Positions 1 through 13,578 of a stretch of 64,000 bases of DNA are shown in pieces (positions within the stretch are counted from its first letter, which is position 1; each line of letters opens with the position of its first letter). A program made the translations under genes and the position numbers. This DNA comes from Eledone cirrhosa (lineage: Eukaryota), in contig OZ024741.1 of NCBI GenBank assembly GCA_964016885.1, positions 289,230,001 to 289,294,000 of the forward strand, read 5' to 3'. The notes beneath the pieces were generated by a model. The model worked only from the letters and a program-made list of their open reading frames with translations, searched no databases and had not been told where the DNA came from.

Positions 1-23
1 ACGCTTGAAATAGCAGGAAGCGG

Positions 24-300
24 GTCTTCACGTTTCTGACGCTATTCCTTCATCAGAAGAGGAAAGAGAAATAAGATAGATTGAGGGGACGGGCGGATTT
101 GAATTAGAAAAAAATGTCTTTAGATAAAAATAACAGGTCCATTCATGTTATATATATATTTGAATGGCCCATGCTGTAAGGAATTACTATACCGTTGTCT
201 CTATAAAGTCTGGAATTATGGTTGGTTTAAGTGATAGGAGATAGGGCATGTAGAAGAAAAAGTCATATAAAACTAGATGTTGAGGCAAGAATTTGAGTAC
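24..300 (-). mobile_element. Degenerate Penelope-like element 3' end with decayed minimal hammerhead (24-60)
   Basis: Minus strand reads TCTT-CTGATGA-AGGAATAGCGTCA-GAAAC-GTG-AAGA: stem I is TCTT/AAGA, but H17 is G and stem II is poor. Upstream translation (CPISYHLNQP..EWTCYFYLKT) loosely resembles a PLE GIY-YIG C-terminus. Confidence 0.4.
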
Positions 301-419
301 CACGAACTTCACTGCCACCAGGTTTGTCTCGACCACTAACCACCATTAACATATCATAGCCAACAACATTATCATATTAACACCACCACCGTATTAATCA
401 CCACTATTCTGCACACACT

Positions 420-1072
420 TTGTGTAAATCCCTCTTCCGTCTAATATATATGCATGTAAGTATGTATGTATGCTTGTACGAACATACACGCGCAAATACA
501 CATGAACATAAACACATACATACACGCACACATATGCATATTCATATATACATAGATATGTTGCTATATTGTTTCTGTGTATATATATATATATGTATAC
601 ATATATGTGTATGCGTATATCTATATATATATCTTGTGTGTGTAAATGTCCAGTTTCTCAGTCGTGTCCATTTATATTGCTCGCCTGATAGCCTAGAACC
701 GGAAGTTAGTGAAAATGCAATTGAGGCTGAATGGCCAAGTAGCGACCTCTTTGCATCACCAACCGTAAAGTCCGCAAAAAGTATACACACACATACAGCT
801 GCATATACACATACATACATACTTACATATATACATATATACATACATACATGCATACATACAAACATGCATGCATACATATATACATACATACACATAC
901 GTATATAAATATATACATACATATATACATGTTTGCATGCACACAGATACATATATATATGCATACAAAAACACTTACATATATATATATATACATACTT
1001 GCATACATAGATTCATAAATACATGCATACATCATACATGTTAACATAAATAGATACATACATATGTACATG

Positions 1073-1119
<47 letters not shown>

Positions 1120-1585
1120 GCACACAATTACCCTGGCTCTCTTTAACACATACAACTACTTACATACACACTTAGAGACAGAGGAACATACAGATATAGA
1201 TGCATACACATACGGTACGAGAGTTACACACGAACAGGCAGATAAATACATACACATACATGCTTGCACTCGCAGACACATACAAACATACAGTGATATA
1301 CATATGCATACGCAGGCAGACAGATACATACGCATATTCACACCCAAAGACAAATTGCTATACACACACATACATACAGAGAGAGAGAGAGACAGAAAGA
1401 TAACGAGAAATACACACACGCATGCATACACTGACAGACATATACCTATACACACACTCACATACACACATATACAAATAGACATACACGTACGCACACG
1501 TTGATAAGTAGTTATACACACCCATTTATGCATACAGATACACACACACACGCGCAAAGAAAGATATATGCACATATATACACAC
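420..1585. repeat. Compound (CA)n/(TA)n/(TACA)n microsatellite region
   Basis: Seen directly; the ORFs here are HT/YI low-complexity artefacts. Confidence 0.9.
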
Positions 1586-1724
1586 AGTAAATTAGCCATG
1601 GAACCTTTAGTACAACAGTCATTGGCATTCGATTAACGCGCGCCATTTTGTGACATGAGGTCATGTGACATGACATGTCATTTCGGCTAATGGACCGCTG
1701 CTCGTTTGGACATCGATTATTCCG

Positions 1725-3100
1725 GTGTTGGTTGTGGTGGTAGTAGTGGTGGTGGTAGTGGTGGTGGTGGTAGTGGTGGTGGTAGTTCTTGTGGTGGTGC
1801 TAGTGGTTGTTGTGGGGGTGGTGATGGTATTTGTGGCAGTGGTAGTTGCGGTTATAATGGTGGTGGTGGTGGTGGTGATGGTGATTGGTAGTGTTCGTTA
1901 TGATGTTGGTGATGGTTGCGGTGGTAGTTGTGGTAATGATGGTTGCGATTATGGTGGTGGTGGTAGTGGCGTTAGTGGTGGTGGTGGTGGTCGTGATGGT
2001 GGTGGTGGTGGATGTGGTGGTTGCGGTCATGGTGGTGATGTAGTTGCGGTGGTGGTGGTGGAGGTTGTGGTTATAGTGGTGCTGGTGGTGATGGTGATAG
2101 TGTAGTTATTGGTAGTGTTGGTTATGATGTTGGTGATGGTTGCGGTGGTAGTTGTGGCAATGATGGTCGTGATTATGGTGGTGGTGGTAGTGGTGTTAGT
2201 GGTGGTGGTGGTCGTCGTGATGGTGGTGGTGGTGGAGGTTGCGGTTATGGTGGCGATGTAGTTGCGGAGGTGGGGATGGTAGTGGAGGTTGCGATTATGG
2301 TGGCGATGTAGTTGCGGCGGTGGTGGTGGTGGGGATGGCGGTTGCGGTTATAGTGGTGGTCGTGTTATTGTTGGTGTAAGCGATGGCCGTGGTTGCGCTT
2401 AAAGTAGTAGTGGTAGTGATGTCGGTGGTAACTGTGGTTATGGTGTTGGTGGTTGCAGTGGTAGTTGGGTTTTGGTGGTAGCGTTGGTGGTAGTGATAGT
2501 AGCAGAGGTGTTATTATTGTTGTTGGTTTTGTCGGTGGTGTTAGTGATACTGGGGGCTGTGGTGGTTGTAATGGTAATGGTGATGATGTTGGTATTGGTG
2601 GCAGTTGTGGTGGTGGTGATGGTCATGTTTTAATGGGTTTATAGTGGTGGTAGAGTTGTTGTTGATGATGGTAATGGTAGTGATCGGAGGTTGTGGTGGT
2701 GTTGATGATGAAGATGGGGATTTTCTTGTTGGTGGTGGCACTGGTGATGATGGCATTGGGGTAGATTGATGGTAATGTTCGTGTTTATGATGATGATGCT
2801 AGTTGGGGGTGGGTTTAGTGATGGTATCGTTGGTATGTTAATAGTGATAGTGTTTTTGTTTATGGTTCTGATGGGGATGATAATGACACTGGTGCCTTTG
2901 GTGCTGGTTGTGGTGGTTGTGGTGGTGGTGGTTGTGGTGGTGGTGTTAGTGGTGATATTGGATTTGGTGACAAAAGGATTGAAATTGTTGACTGTACGGG
3001 TGTTCGTTGTAAGGTGCTAATAATGATGTAATGTGTGTGTTGTTAATGGCGGTGGTAATGTTGGTTGTGTTGATGGTGGTGGAGGTTGTGTTAGTGATGT
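1725..3100. repeat. Degenerate (GGT)n low-complexity tract with internal ~220-bp duplication
   Basis: GGT/GTA/GAT triplets; about 1885-2100 is repeated at about 2107-2330. Confidence 0.85.
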
Positions 3101-3182
3101 TATATAAGGCAGAAGAGGCGTTAGTAGCGACATTCTTTATGATAAATGTTGTGGTTGTTGATGTCATTATTGTTGCATAACA

Positions 3183-3400
3183 GGGCGGTAGATTGGACAT
3201 ATTGTTAATACGTCGTCGGCTGATATGGATTTCAGGATTTCGGTACGGCCCTCTATGTTTTGGTTTCAAATTCTGCGAAGGTCAAATTCATCGTTCACCC
3301 TTCTAGACCGATAAAATAAAATAGCAGTCAAATATTGAGTCGTGTAAATCGATTTCCTCCCCAGCTGCAAATTGCTGGCTTTCTTCCCAAATCAGAAATC
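3183..3400 (+). mobile_element. Diverged tRNA-derived SINE (Nin/Deu-core type, dominant family)
   Basis: GGCGGTAGATTGG head, GATAAAATAAA core and AATTGCTGGC tail align with younger copies. Confidence 0.7.
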
Positions 3401-3520
3401 ATTATTGTTGCTATATCCTGTGTCAGCCTTAACAGAATGATCCTACGGTGAAATTCGTTCCAGCTGCAACCACCTCATCATTTATTCAGACAGTGTATTT
3501 CGGATTAATATTTAATATAG

Positions 3521-3692
3521 GGCGGTGAATTGGCACTATCGGTAGAGGGTCGGACGCCATGCTTTGCAGCACAGAGTTACGGTCCTTTACGGTTTGAGTT
3601 CAAATCCCGCCGAGGTTAACTTTATGGGGTCGATAAAATAAAGTACCAGTATTGCACTGGGATAATTGCTGGCCTTGTGCCAAAAGTAGAAA
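3521..3692 (+). mobile_element. tRNA-derived SINE with 15-bp TSD
   Basis: GGCGGTGAATTGGC...GAGTTCAAATCCCGCCGAGGTTAAC...GGGGTCGATAAAATAAAGTACCAGT; TSD TAATATTTAATATAG at 3506-3520 and 3693-3707. Confidence 0.9.
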
Positions 3693-4002
3693 TAATATTT
3701 AATATAGCCTCTGCTAAAAAAAAAAGAAAAAAAAAAAAGAATTGCCCTGTAAAGTATGTAAAATTCCATCTGAGCCTGAAATAGAAATAATGATTTCTAA
3801 TTTAGGCACAAAGCCTACAATTATATCGATTTCAGAATAATGAAAGATAAAAGTTAACTCAGCAGAATTTGAACAAATACTGCGAAAAATTTGTCCGACA
3901 CTCTAACGATTTAACCAATCCACTATCCTCTAAAAGTAGAAATAATGAACGAATAACGAATTTGAAAAATACATAATCACCTTCATTATTATGCATTCAT
4001 CT

Positions 4003-4170
4003 GGCGGTGGCTTTGCAGCATAGAGTTACGGCCCTTTGTGATCTGAGTTCAAATTCCGCCGAGGTTAACTTTGCCTTTCGATAAAATAAAGTACCAGTCA
4101 CGCACTGGGGTCGATTTAATCGACTTTTCCCTTCTCCCAAAATTGCTGGCCTTGTGCCTATATAAGAAAC
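4003..4170 (+). mobile_element. tRNA-derived SINE (internally deleted) with 19-bp TSD
   Basis: Same family; TSD CATTATTATGCATTCATCT at 3984-4002 and 4171-4189. Confidence 0.9.
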
Positions 4171-4203
4171 CATTATTATGCATTCATCTATAGTTTCATA
4201 TAT

Positions 4204-4736
4204 CAGGCATTCCCAAAGTGAGGGTTACGACACCCTTGTGGCGTCGCAAATAATTCAGAAAGATCGCGAATGAAACTGAGAATTTAAAAAATAAAATTAT
4301 ATTCTTGTTGTCGGATCATTATTTGTTGGTGACTACAATTTTTCCTGCAAAAAAAAAAAAACGATTGTACATTTGAAACAAATCCACCAATCAAAATTTG
4401 ATTAATAACGGTGCCGAAATATTCCGCCATATTGAAATAATTATTTCCATTTTTGGCACAAGGCCAGCAATTATCCCAGTGCATTATTGGTGCTTTATTT
4501 TATCGACCCCGTAAGGATGAAAGGCAAAGTTAACCTCGGCGGGATTTGAACTCAGAATGGCAAGGACCGTAACTCTATGCGGCAAAGTATGGTGTCTGAC
4601 GCTCTACCGATACTGCAAATCCGCCCATATTGAGATAATACCACAACACACATCTTTTACCAAATCTAGGATGGGTGTCGTCATGAGAAATTAAAATAAA
4701 ATGATGGTCACGGTTTTAAAAGATTGGGAAGACTTG
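4204..4736. mobile_element. hAT-type MITE interrupted by a SINE
   Basis: Imperfect terminal inverted repeats CAGGCATTCCCAA...TTGGGAAGACTTG; hAT-like subterminal GTCGCGA motifs. Confidence 0.5.
4442..4625 (-). mobile_element. tRNA-derived SINE nested in the MITE
   Basis: Reverse complement of the family consensus; flanked by CATATTGA(A/G)ATAAT duplication. Confidence 0.88.
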
Positions 4737-5669
4737 CGCCATATAACTACATTCTTGCGTCTTGAGTCTCAGTACACCTCTGCTCCTTATGATCGGGACG
4801 GATTCGGCCATCTGGAAAAACGAACCCCGCAAGAGGACATGCGATGACGATAAATAAAATACATGTGCAGTGCTGGCGCCAATATCTCTTCTATATCTTT
4901 GCCACTGAATCGCACTATCTTCGTCCCTGGAAGAAATTGGCTCTGTTTATACTAGGTGAGGAAATGGGCTTCACCTGATTTAAAATGCACCATGAATTAT
5001 CAATATGCATCCACCCACCCGTATATACACACAATACATAATATTAATTCAAACGTCTAAGAACATTTAGTTAGAGTAAAAGTTGCGAGTAAGAGTAACA
5101 TGGTTTGCTATATGTAACACTGTAACAACGCAACATTTTAACCATGAAATAGTTGAATAGTTTGGGATTATGTAAGAATCAAAGGTGATATCCCTGACTT
5201 ATTCAATTATTTTGTAGTTAAAACCTTGTAGTTAAAACCTAGCTCTCCATTAAGCATATATGACAATATGGTGGTGCAACGGTATACGGCTAAGTTACGA
5301 AGTGTGAAGTCAGTATGTACGTGGAAGTGGATATAGCCGGGAAGTGGTGGGGATAGAGTAAATGTTCAGAAAAATTGAACACCAACGGCGCCACAGCCGC
5401 GGCACTGAGTGCCACGCGAACATCGACGCTCACGCAAGAGATACAAGCACACATGGACGTGAGCCCTGAAATGTGTGTCAGTAGTGTGTGCAGTCATCAG
5501 AAAGTGTAGGATTTTGCTGGTTAATTGTGTGCAAAGGTATATGTGTGTTGGCTGGTACATCGGATGTAGTTCATGTGGGTTTGTATAGTGTGGTGGCTTG
5601 AGTTGAGTTTGTATATGCGTGTGTTTGTGTGTGAGAGCAAGGGTAAAGGGAGGTCATAGGAAGTGTGGC

Positions 5670-5875
5670 GGGGAATTGAGTCCATTTGGAAAATTAGTTC
5701 CAAGGTGGAAAATTAAGTGGCTGTGGATCTATGATGTAAAATGAGGTCTGAGACAGTGAGATGTCGAGTAGAGTAGTTGGGGGAACGGAAATAACAAGCC
5801 ACAGAAGTTTGTCCCTCAGATATTCGGCAAATCGCCCCACCAAACGAACAACATGGCATAGAGCCCCATTCTGGT
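5670..5875 (-). mobile_element. Degenerate Penelope-like GIY-YIG endonuclease C-terminal fragment
   Basis: Frameshifted translation RFAEYLRD / TSVACYFRSPNYSTRHLTVSDLILH / ELIFQMDSIP resembles the PLE motif RFxEHLR..PVAxHFNSPxHS..L.V..L..E..LIFxLxTL.P. Confidence 0.6.
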
Positions 5876-5878
5876 TTA

Positions 5879-5939
<61 letters not shown>

Positions 5940-5957
5940 AGAGCGAGAACAAACTTT

Positions 5958-6001
<44 letters not shown>

Positions 6002-6003
<2 letters not shown>

Positions 6004-6183
6004 GTTATTCCGGGTTGAATCGGAGGTAACCACAGTAAGTAAGGTACTCAATACATTGCAGAGTATAAAAGTTTTAATATAGATGAGATTCTACAGGACT
6101 AGAACTGTTTCATTCTTTAGAAATCATCAGATTCCTGATGATTTCTAAAGAATGAAACAGTTCTAGTCCTGTAGAATCTCATC

Positions 6184-6188
<5 letters not shown>
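6002..6188. mobile_element. (TA)n-flanked PLE-type terminal fragment with perfect palindrome 6077-6188 (54-bp arms, loop ATTC)
   Basis: Arms are exact reverse complements; 6002-6130 is homologous in reverse to 61073-61197. Confidence 0.8.
6129..6179 (+). ncRNA. Type I hammerhead ribozyme (predicted GUA cleavage after 6173)
   Basis: AGATTC-CTGATGA-T TTC TAAA GAA T-GAA-ACAG TTCTAGTC CTGT-A-GAATCT: intact core, 6-bp stem I, 4-bp stem III. Confidence 0.8.
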
Positions 6189-6217
<29 letters not shown>

Positions 6218-6306
6218 AACAAAGTTTGTTCTCGCTCTTAACACACACAATAAAAAGGGAAAACAAATAGTTTCTTCCTAATAACCGTCTTTTTCTCCCT
6301 GTTTTC

Positions 6307-6598
<292 letters not shown>

Positions 6599-6894
6599 AT
6601 ATATATATATATGTATCTTCCTACAATCCGTAGCTAGTTCCCCTATTATTTCTGCCAGTCAAACTACACTATCTACCTAAGATCAAGGTCAGAGATATCT
6701 ATCAACCCAGCATACGGGAAACTGTAACAATCTTAATGACTGTGAAATGTTTACGTTGTTAGGGATGTTGTGGTGGGTGTATATATAGAATGCAGTTGTA
6801 TGTAAAGACGAGGTTGTTGTTGTTCTTAGAGACGTTGTGGTGTCTGTATATAGATTGTTTACGTGTGTAGAATGATGGTGTTGAATAAAGTAAA

Positions 6895-7060
6895 CGCAGT
6901 ATGACCGAATGGTTAAGAACTTCGTTTCGCAATCATAAGGCACAGGGTACAATCTAACTTAGTGGTATCCTGGTCAAATGTAATTTACTATATCTTTGGG
7001 TTGGTCTATATCTTGTGAGTGATATTGGGTAGAAGGAAATTATTTGCAAGCTCGTCGTGT
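6895..7060 (+). mobile_element. Diverged second tRNA-derived SINE family
   Basis: GACCGAATGGTTAAGAACTTCGTTTCGCAATCA tRNA-like head; related to 12130-12286. Confidence 0.5.
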
Positions 7061-7766
7061 ATATCTAGAATATTGTTGTATGTGTATATAAAACACAATG
7101 CTATATGTAGTTATTGTTGTTAGAGACGTTGAGGTGGATATGGGTTGTTTATGTGTGTAAAATGATGCAATGGAATATAGAACATGTTTTCATATAAATG
7201 ACTAGTTTGTTGGAGTTATTGTTGTGGTAGGCATATATATATAGAACACAGTGCTGTGTGTAAGTTGTTGTTGATGTTAGAGACGTTGAGATTGACGTAT
7301 ATAAGTTGTTTAGGTGTGTAAAATGATGATGTTGAACACAAGTTTGGAGTTACTTATCTGCGGACAGAAAAAAAAAATAATTCCATTTGTGACCATCACC
7401 TCTTTTCCCTGTGTAGAACACCCAAAACCATTTGATCCAAAATGTCCATTTCGAAGACGTTACGGTGAGCTTTGAGAAAAATTGTAGCAGTTAGTGGAGA
7501 TGGTGATTGTGATGGTAGTGGTGCGTGTGATGGTGGTGTTGGTGGTGGCGGTGGTTGTAGTGGTGGTGGTGGTTGTACTGGTGGTGGTGGTTCTGGTGGT
7601 AATGGAGATGTTGGTGATAGGGCTGATGGTGATGTTGGTGGTTGTGGAGATGGTAGTGATAGGGCTGATGGTGGTGTTGGTGGTAGTGGATGTTGTGGAG
7701 ATGGTAGTGATGGGGTTGATGGTGGTGTTGGTGGTGGCGGTGGTTGTAGTGGTGGTGGTGGTTGTA

Positions 7767-7966
7767 NNNNNNNNNNNNNNNNNNNNNNNNNNNNNNNNNN
7801 NNNNNNNNNNNNNNNNNNNNNNNNNNNNNNNNNNNNNNNNNNNNNNNNNNNNNNNNNNNNNNNNNNNNNNNNNNNNNNNNNNNNNNNNNNNNNNNNNNNN
7901 NNNNNNNNNNNNNNNNNNNNNNNNNNNNNNNNNNNNNNNNNNNNNNNNNNNNNNNNNNNNNNNNNN
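7767..7966. other. Assembly gap (200 N)
   Basis: Run of N. Confidence 1.
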
Positions 7967-8599
7967 AGAGAGAGAGAAAGAGAGAGAAAGAGTGAGAAAA
8001 CAGGAAAGAAGTTGAGAGGAAATCATAGAGTGAAAAGAGAAAGAGAAAGCGAAAGAGAAAATAGACACAGAAAGAGGGTGAAAAAAGAGGGAGAGAGAAA
8101 GTGTGTGTGTGTGTGTGACGGGGGGGGGGGGCGATTAAGAAGAGAGCCAAAAAGGGGTGGGACGGAGGAGAAAGTGTGATATCTGACCTACAGACTGATA
8201 TCAAATCAAAATAAAGGATCAACTGATATGAATCGACTCAGGTTACAAATGTGCCTGGGCCACTTGGAGAAACGCCATATCATATGTGCATGTACCCGTA
8301 ACTCCTGATGGAGTCATACGGATGCCGTCATGATATTCTTGGACATTTCAAACTTGTCAGAGCTCATTCCTCTCTTCATCTGAACGATTTTTTCCATGGG
8401 GAGAGAAAGAGAAAGAATGGAAACAAAGAAGTGAGAACGAGATATGAAGGAAGACTTGGACCCAGTATTATATTTATCGACGACGAAAAGATGAAATGCA
8501 AAGATGAGCTCAGTAGGATATGGACTTCGAGAGCAGAGAGCTGTAACGAATACCGCCAAGCTTTCTATACGACGTTGCAGCCTCTATGGCAATTCACCG

Positions 8600-8669
<70 letters not shown>

Positions 8670-8724
8670 GTAGAGCTCTGGAGGGTTATATCCGTAGTAG
8701 TAGAGCACTCAGTCCACGGGACGA

Positions 8725-8770
<46 letters not shown>

Positions 8771-8799
8771 GTAGAAACGCAACAGTTAGTTCACCATAC

Positions 8800-8837
8800 C
8801 GAGAACAATTGTTTCACCTTAACGGATCTTCAGCTCG
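8800..8837 (-). ncRNA. Minimal type I hammerhead ribozyme
   Basis: CGAG-CTGAAGA-TCC GTTAA GGT-GAA-ACAATTGT-T-CTCG; palindromic stem III. Confidence 0.8.
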
Positions 8838-8990
8838 TACATGTTTACCTAAAGCTTCTCCTACAAAAAGCGGAAGATGTTGTCAGACGCTTAAGATGTC
8901 GAGCTCTAGCTTTTGACGGTAAAATTACAGGCACCAGTAACACCTTCAACCTGAAATCGAGAGCCTCCTAAGGTTATAAGATGACCAGTA

Positions 8991-9028
8991 CGAGCTGAAG
9001 ATCCGCTAAGGTGAAACAATTGTTCTCG
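8991..9028 (+). ncRNA. Minimal type I hammerhead ribozyme (predicted GUU cleavage after 9024)
   Basis: CGAG-CTGAAGA-TCC GCTAA GGT-GAA-ACAATTGT-T-CTCG. Confidence 0.8.
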
Positions 9029-9116
9029 GTATGGTGAACTAACTGTTGAGTTTCTAATTCTACCAAACTCGTCCCATGAACTGAGTGCTCTACCACTACG
9101 AATATTACCTTCCAGT

Positions 9117-9402
<286 letters not shown>

Positions 9403-9456
9403 CGGTTTCAACACACGTTTTCAGATAAAGAATCTTGCTAAACAAATTCAGAAACG

Positions 9457-9503
<47 letters not shown>

Positions 9504-9867
9504 AAAAGTGTATATTGAGTTAGAAACTCAAAAGTATATATTGAGTTAGAAACTCAAAATAGTTTCTTACAATTAAATAGCTCAATAGCTGTGTTAAAGT
9601 TACAATGTTAAGTTCCTTTCTTGGCTTAAAAACTGTAGAGTTTACAGTGTAGACTTTCATGTGGTACTTTTGATTAATATTCCCTCAACCAACAGTATGC
9701 CTTATGAAGTTAAGAAAACATAACCATAACTCGAATGTTAAAACAAATCGAAAATGTAAACACTGCAACACTTGTCTCAGAAAAAAAAAAACATCAGCGT
9801 AAACAAACTATCAGTTATTTTGAAACAAAGAAATTGGATGGACATGAAAAGAAAAAAAAAAAAATGC

Positions 9868-10050
9868 AATTTCATCGCCTATATCACCTCTCTGCACGAC
9901 TGTCTGTCTACACAACTTTATCACCTATATCACCTCTCTGCACGACTGTCTGTCTGCATGCCTCCATCGTCTATCAGCCCGACTGTCTGTCTGCACAACT
10001 TTATCGCCTATAACACCTCTCTGCACGACTGCACAACTTTATCGCCTATA
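9868..10050. repeat. Short tandem repeat, ~43-bp unit
   Basis: ATCGCCTATATCACCTCTCTGCACGACTGTCTGTCT recurs 3-4 times. Confidence 0.75.
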
Positions 10051-10380
10051 GCAGTAAAGCCCGGCGTTGCTCGGGGCTGCTGAGCAGTTGTGTTAAAGTT
10101 ACAATGTTAAGTTCCTTTCACATTCATCTGTGGAACAAACGTAGCCCATGTGTCAACTTTTGTGAAAATCAGTTCCGAACTCCAGAAGCTATGACGTTCT
10201 GTTGCATTGCACTGCAGTGCTTCAGTCGACTCCAAGGAAGTGGTTAAAGGGGATTATCTTCCGGGAGGCCCTATAATCAATATCTGGAAAAAATAAAAGT
10301 GCCCATGACCATCCGGAGTACATAAGTAACCTATGTCTTAAGTTTGGTGAAAATACTGTAGAAATGCATAAGGTTTACAC
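10048..10380 (+). mobile_element. Non-autonomous Helitron/Helentron-like element fragment
   Basis: TAGCAGTAAAGCCCGGCGTTGCTCGGG 5' hairpin motif and AAGTTTGGTGAAAAT motif, followed by a CA/GT tract. Confidence 0.45.
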
Positions 10381-10516
10381 ACGCGCGCGCGTGTGTTTGT
10401 GTGTGTGTATGTATTTGTGTGTGCGTATGTATATGTATGTGTATGTTCGTCGGCGCATTCGTATGTACTGGCCTAAATCTTCACTATTTACTTTTACTAT
10501 TTTAAGGGAAAGTTAA

Positions 10517-10620
10517 AATCCCGTCGAGGTTAACTTTGCCTTTCATCCTTACGGGGTTGATAAAATAAAGTACCAGTAATGTGCTGGGTAATTGCTGGCC
10601 TTGGGCCAAAAGTAGAAACA
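10517..10620 (+). mobile_element. 5'-truncated SINE
   Basis: GAGGTTAACTTTGCCTTTCATCCTTACGGGG...GTAGAAAC. Confidence 0.85.
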
Positions 10621-11159
10621 ACTATTTTAATAACCTCTGTTATTTTCGTTTACAATTTTATTTACATCAGTCTTAAACTCCGGGGCTGGAAATCATTCGG
10701 TTATTTTAAATAGAATATTAGTCTAACGACTCCATTTATACCATAAACTTGGTCTTTCTTTGCATGAAATTGTTCTTCTCGGTCCATATAACGACGTATT
10801 ATCCTCGCTTTTTTTCGTTCATTACCAGGGAACGTCTTCACGAACCAAAATATCGTCTTCCTGTTTTCCATCGGTTGCAACGTTTCTCAAAATATTTAAT
10901 TCTGCGTTCACAGATTGAATTTTTTAGTTTAAGATCCCACTAATGTTGAAAGCAGCGATTCTTTGCTTAAATTTTCTTTCTTTCTCAACCCCTCTCCCTT
11001 TTTTCTCATACCCTCTCTCTCTCTTTCTCTCTCTCATTCATACCCCCCTCTCTCTCTTCCTCTACAGAATGGAGACAATAAAGAACGCGCAGATCTCTCT
11101 TTCTTTCTCTGTCTTTATATATATGTGTTTGTGTGTGTATGTGAACCAGTGTTCGTCGC

Positions 11160-11205
<46 letters not shown>

Positions 11206-11621
11206 GTCTCTATCTATCTGATTATCTTGTACCCCTCTCTCTGTATAACGACCTATCTCCCTCTCTCTCTCTACATCTCCCTTTCTCTCTTGAGATGTAT
11301 ATGTATATGTGTGTGTGTGTGTGATATATATATATATAGAGAGAGTTGCAAGATGTATGTAGTTTCATAGATTTTTGAGGGTAGTAGTGAGAGGAATTAA
11401 GCGTGTAAGAGAGAGGGTTACACCATGTATTTAGTTTTATCGATTTCTTTTCATAGAATCAGGTAATTTTTGGCAAGGTTTATTACGCGTTGACCATCCT
11501 TGGTAAATTTGGAACACATTGGAAAAAAAAATCATCGAAATTGGTAGAGAAATGTGGAAATGGATAAAAATCATACACACACAGACAGACATCTTCCGTT
11601 TTATATATATATATAGATTAT

Positions 11622-11652
<31 letters not shown>

Positions 11653-12129
11653 GTCTTCTTCTTCTTCTTCTTCTTCTTCTTCTTCTTCTTCTTCTTCTTC
11701 TTCTTCTTCTTCTTCTTCTTCTTCTTCTTCTTCTTCTTCTTCTTCTTCTTCTTGCTCTTGCTCTGGTTCGATGGCACTGGGGTCATTCTGGGTCAGTTTG
11801 CCACCAACATGCCAGCAACACTATCCGACTATTCTGCGGAAGGCCAACAATCAGCTCAGAACAGCCCTCATCCTTTTTTGACACCTACGAATAGAAACCG
11901 GACCGCTTAACATGAAAACAGTGTCGTGCATGCCCACGATCAATGAGAAATCAACTTACGCTACAAAATTCATGTCACCATATGTAATGTCCTGTCGCTC
12001 CTTCAACCTTGGGCAGTCACACTACTGTCCCGGGATTTATTCCACTAATACATTATCACTAACTATAATCTCACTGCAGTATACATCAAAGTCTATAACA
12101 AAGCAAATGAATTACAGGTGTAATGAATT

Positions 12130-12286
12130 CAACGGGCTTCCACACAGATCCCTTCTGCCAAATTTCACACGCAAGACTTGGGTCTACTAGAGGCTCTGAT
12201 AAACGCCACTTTCCCACAACATCACGATGTGTAATCGAATCCGGGACTAATGTTTGTAAAGTAAACTTCTTAACCATTCAGCTATA
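12130..12286 (-). mobile_element. Diverged tRNA-derived SINE (second family)
   Basis: Reverse complement reads ATAGCTGAATGGTTAAGAAG...GGATTCGATT (A/B boxes)...TGTGGAAGCCCGT. Confidence 0.6.
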
Positions 12287-12515
12287 TTACGTCCACGTGT
12301 GTGTGTATATGTTGTACACAAGTGTCCAACATACGCACACACACGTGTGTATACACTCACTATGCTCGCCTGTATACACTCAATACACTCACGCACGCGC
12401 ACAGACACCCACACACCCACACGCACCCATACCGGCACATACACATATATATGTATCTCTCTCACTTTATATATATATATATATATATATACATACATAC
12501 ATACACACACACACA

Positions 12516-12560
<45 letters not shown>

Positions 12561-12561
12561 G

Positions 12562-12623
<62 letters not shown>

Positions 12624-13199
12624 CGCATATATAATATATGTATGGGAATAGAACTACAAAGAATTAGCTCTCTTGGATCTAGTAGTGGTGGGCTTCAATT
12701 CTTTCTAAAAATACATTTTTCTAAAATCGTTTTTCTCTACCACTTTTATCCCTTTCTAACATTTCTATTTTCTCTAGTGTATATTATATTATTCTATGTT
12801 TATATTATCGATTAATTTACAACATATATATTACAGCTCATGAAAAATCTTTATTGAAGAGTAAAAAAAACTTTCGCAGATTTTTTTTCTCTTCAAGATA
12901 TTTTCTTTTTACCTCCCATTACAAATTATAACTAGTTTATAGACCCCAATTCCTCTGGCTCTATCTTGTCTGTTCACACAGTATTGAAAATCACAAGAAT
13001 ATAACAGATCCTCAGTATCTAGTTTAAGCCCTGTTTCAAAATTTCAGTATTCCCTGTGTTCCTCTGAACATTCTTCTGGAATTTGAAATATGATTTCTCG
13101 CATGATTTTCCTGTGAAAGAATATTTATAATGGCTATTATTTCTCTTGTGTACTCTGCTGTCCGAAGATTCGAAGAATGAAACAGTTGAAAATGTTTGA

Positions 13200-13330
13200 G
13201 CTGGTGTGCTAGTGCTATACAGTCCCAGGATGCGACTAAGATACCGTTCCAGTCATCCACTAACACTAAAGAGCAGGACGTTTCTAGAAATTTCTCCAGG
13301 CGCCTGAAGATATCATGTCCGCCATGCCTT
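13200..13330 (-). mobile_element. Possible L1/Tx1 APE endonuclease remnant
   Basis: RLEKFLETSCSLVLVDDWNGILVASWDCI resembles the APE motif LxLxGD(F/W)NxxLDxxxDR. Confidence 0.4.
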
Positions 13331-13578
13331 TGTCAATTCCATTTTCTTTTAATTTTTTTTTGCATAATGTGTTTAATTTGTAATATATTGGCCGAATTCC
13401 TAAATATTATGGCGTTGCCTTTCGTTACGGCAATGTATGGTGCCCCGTTTACAGTTTATAAAAGAATAACCAGCGAGGAATTTATGTAAAAAAGTGAAAA
13501 TCAGCAAAACTTACGGATCTAAAGTATGCGTGATGACTTCCAGAGAACCCACAACAACCACCACTACTACTACTAACG

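Noticed and set aside
5455-5500. Hammerhead at TCATCAG 5494
   Set aside because: The core halves are on opposite strands, and no complete fold is possible.
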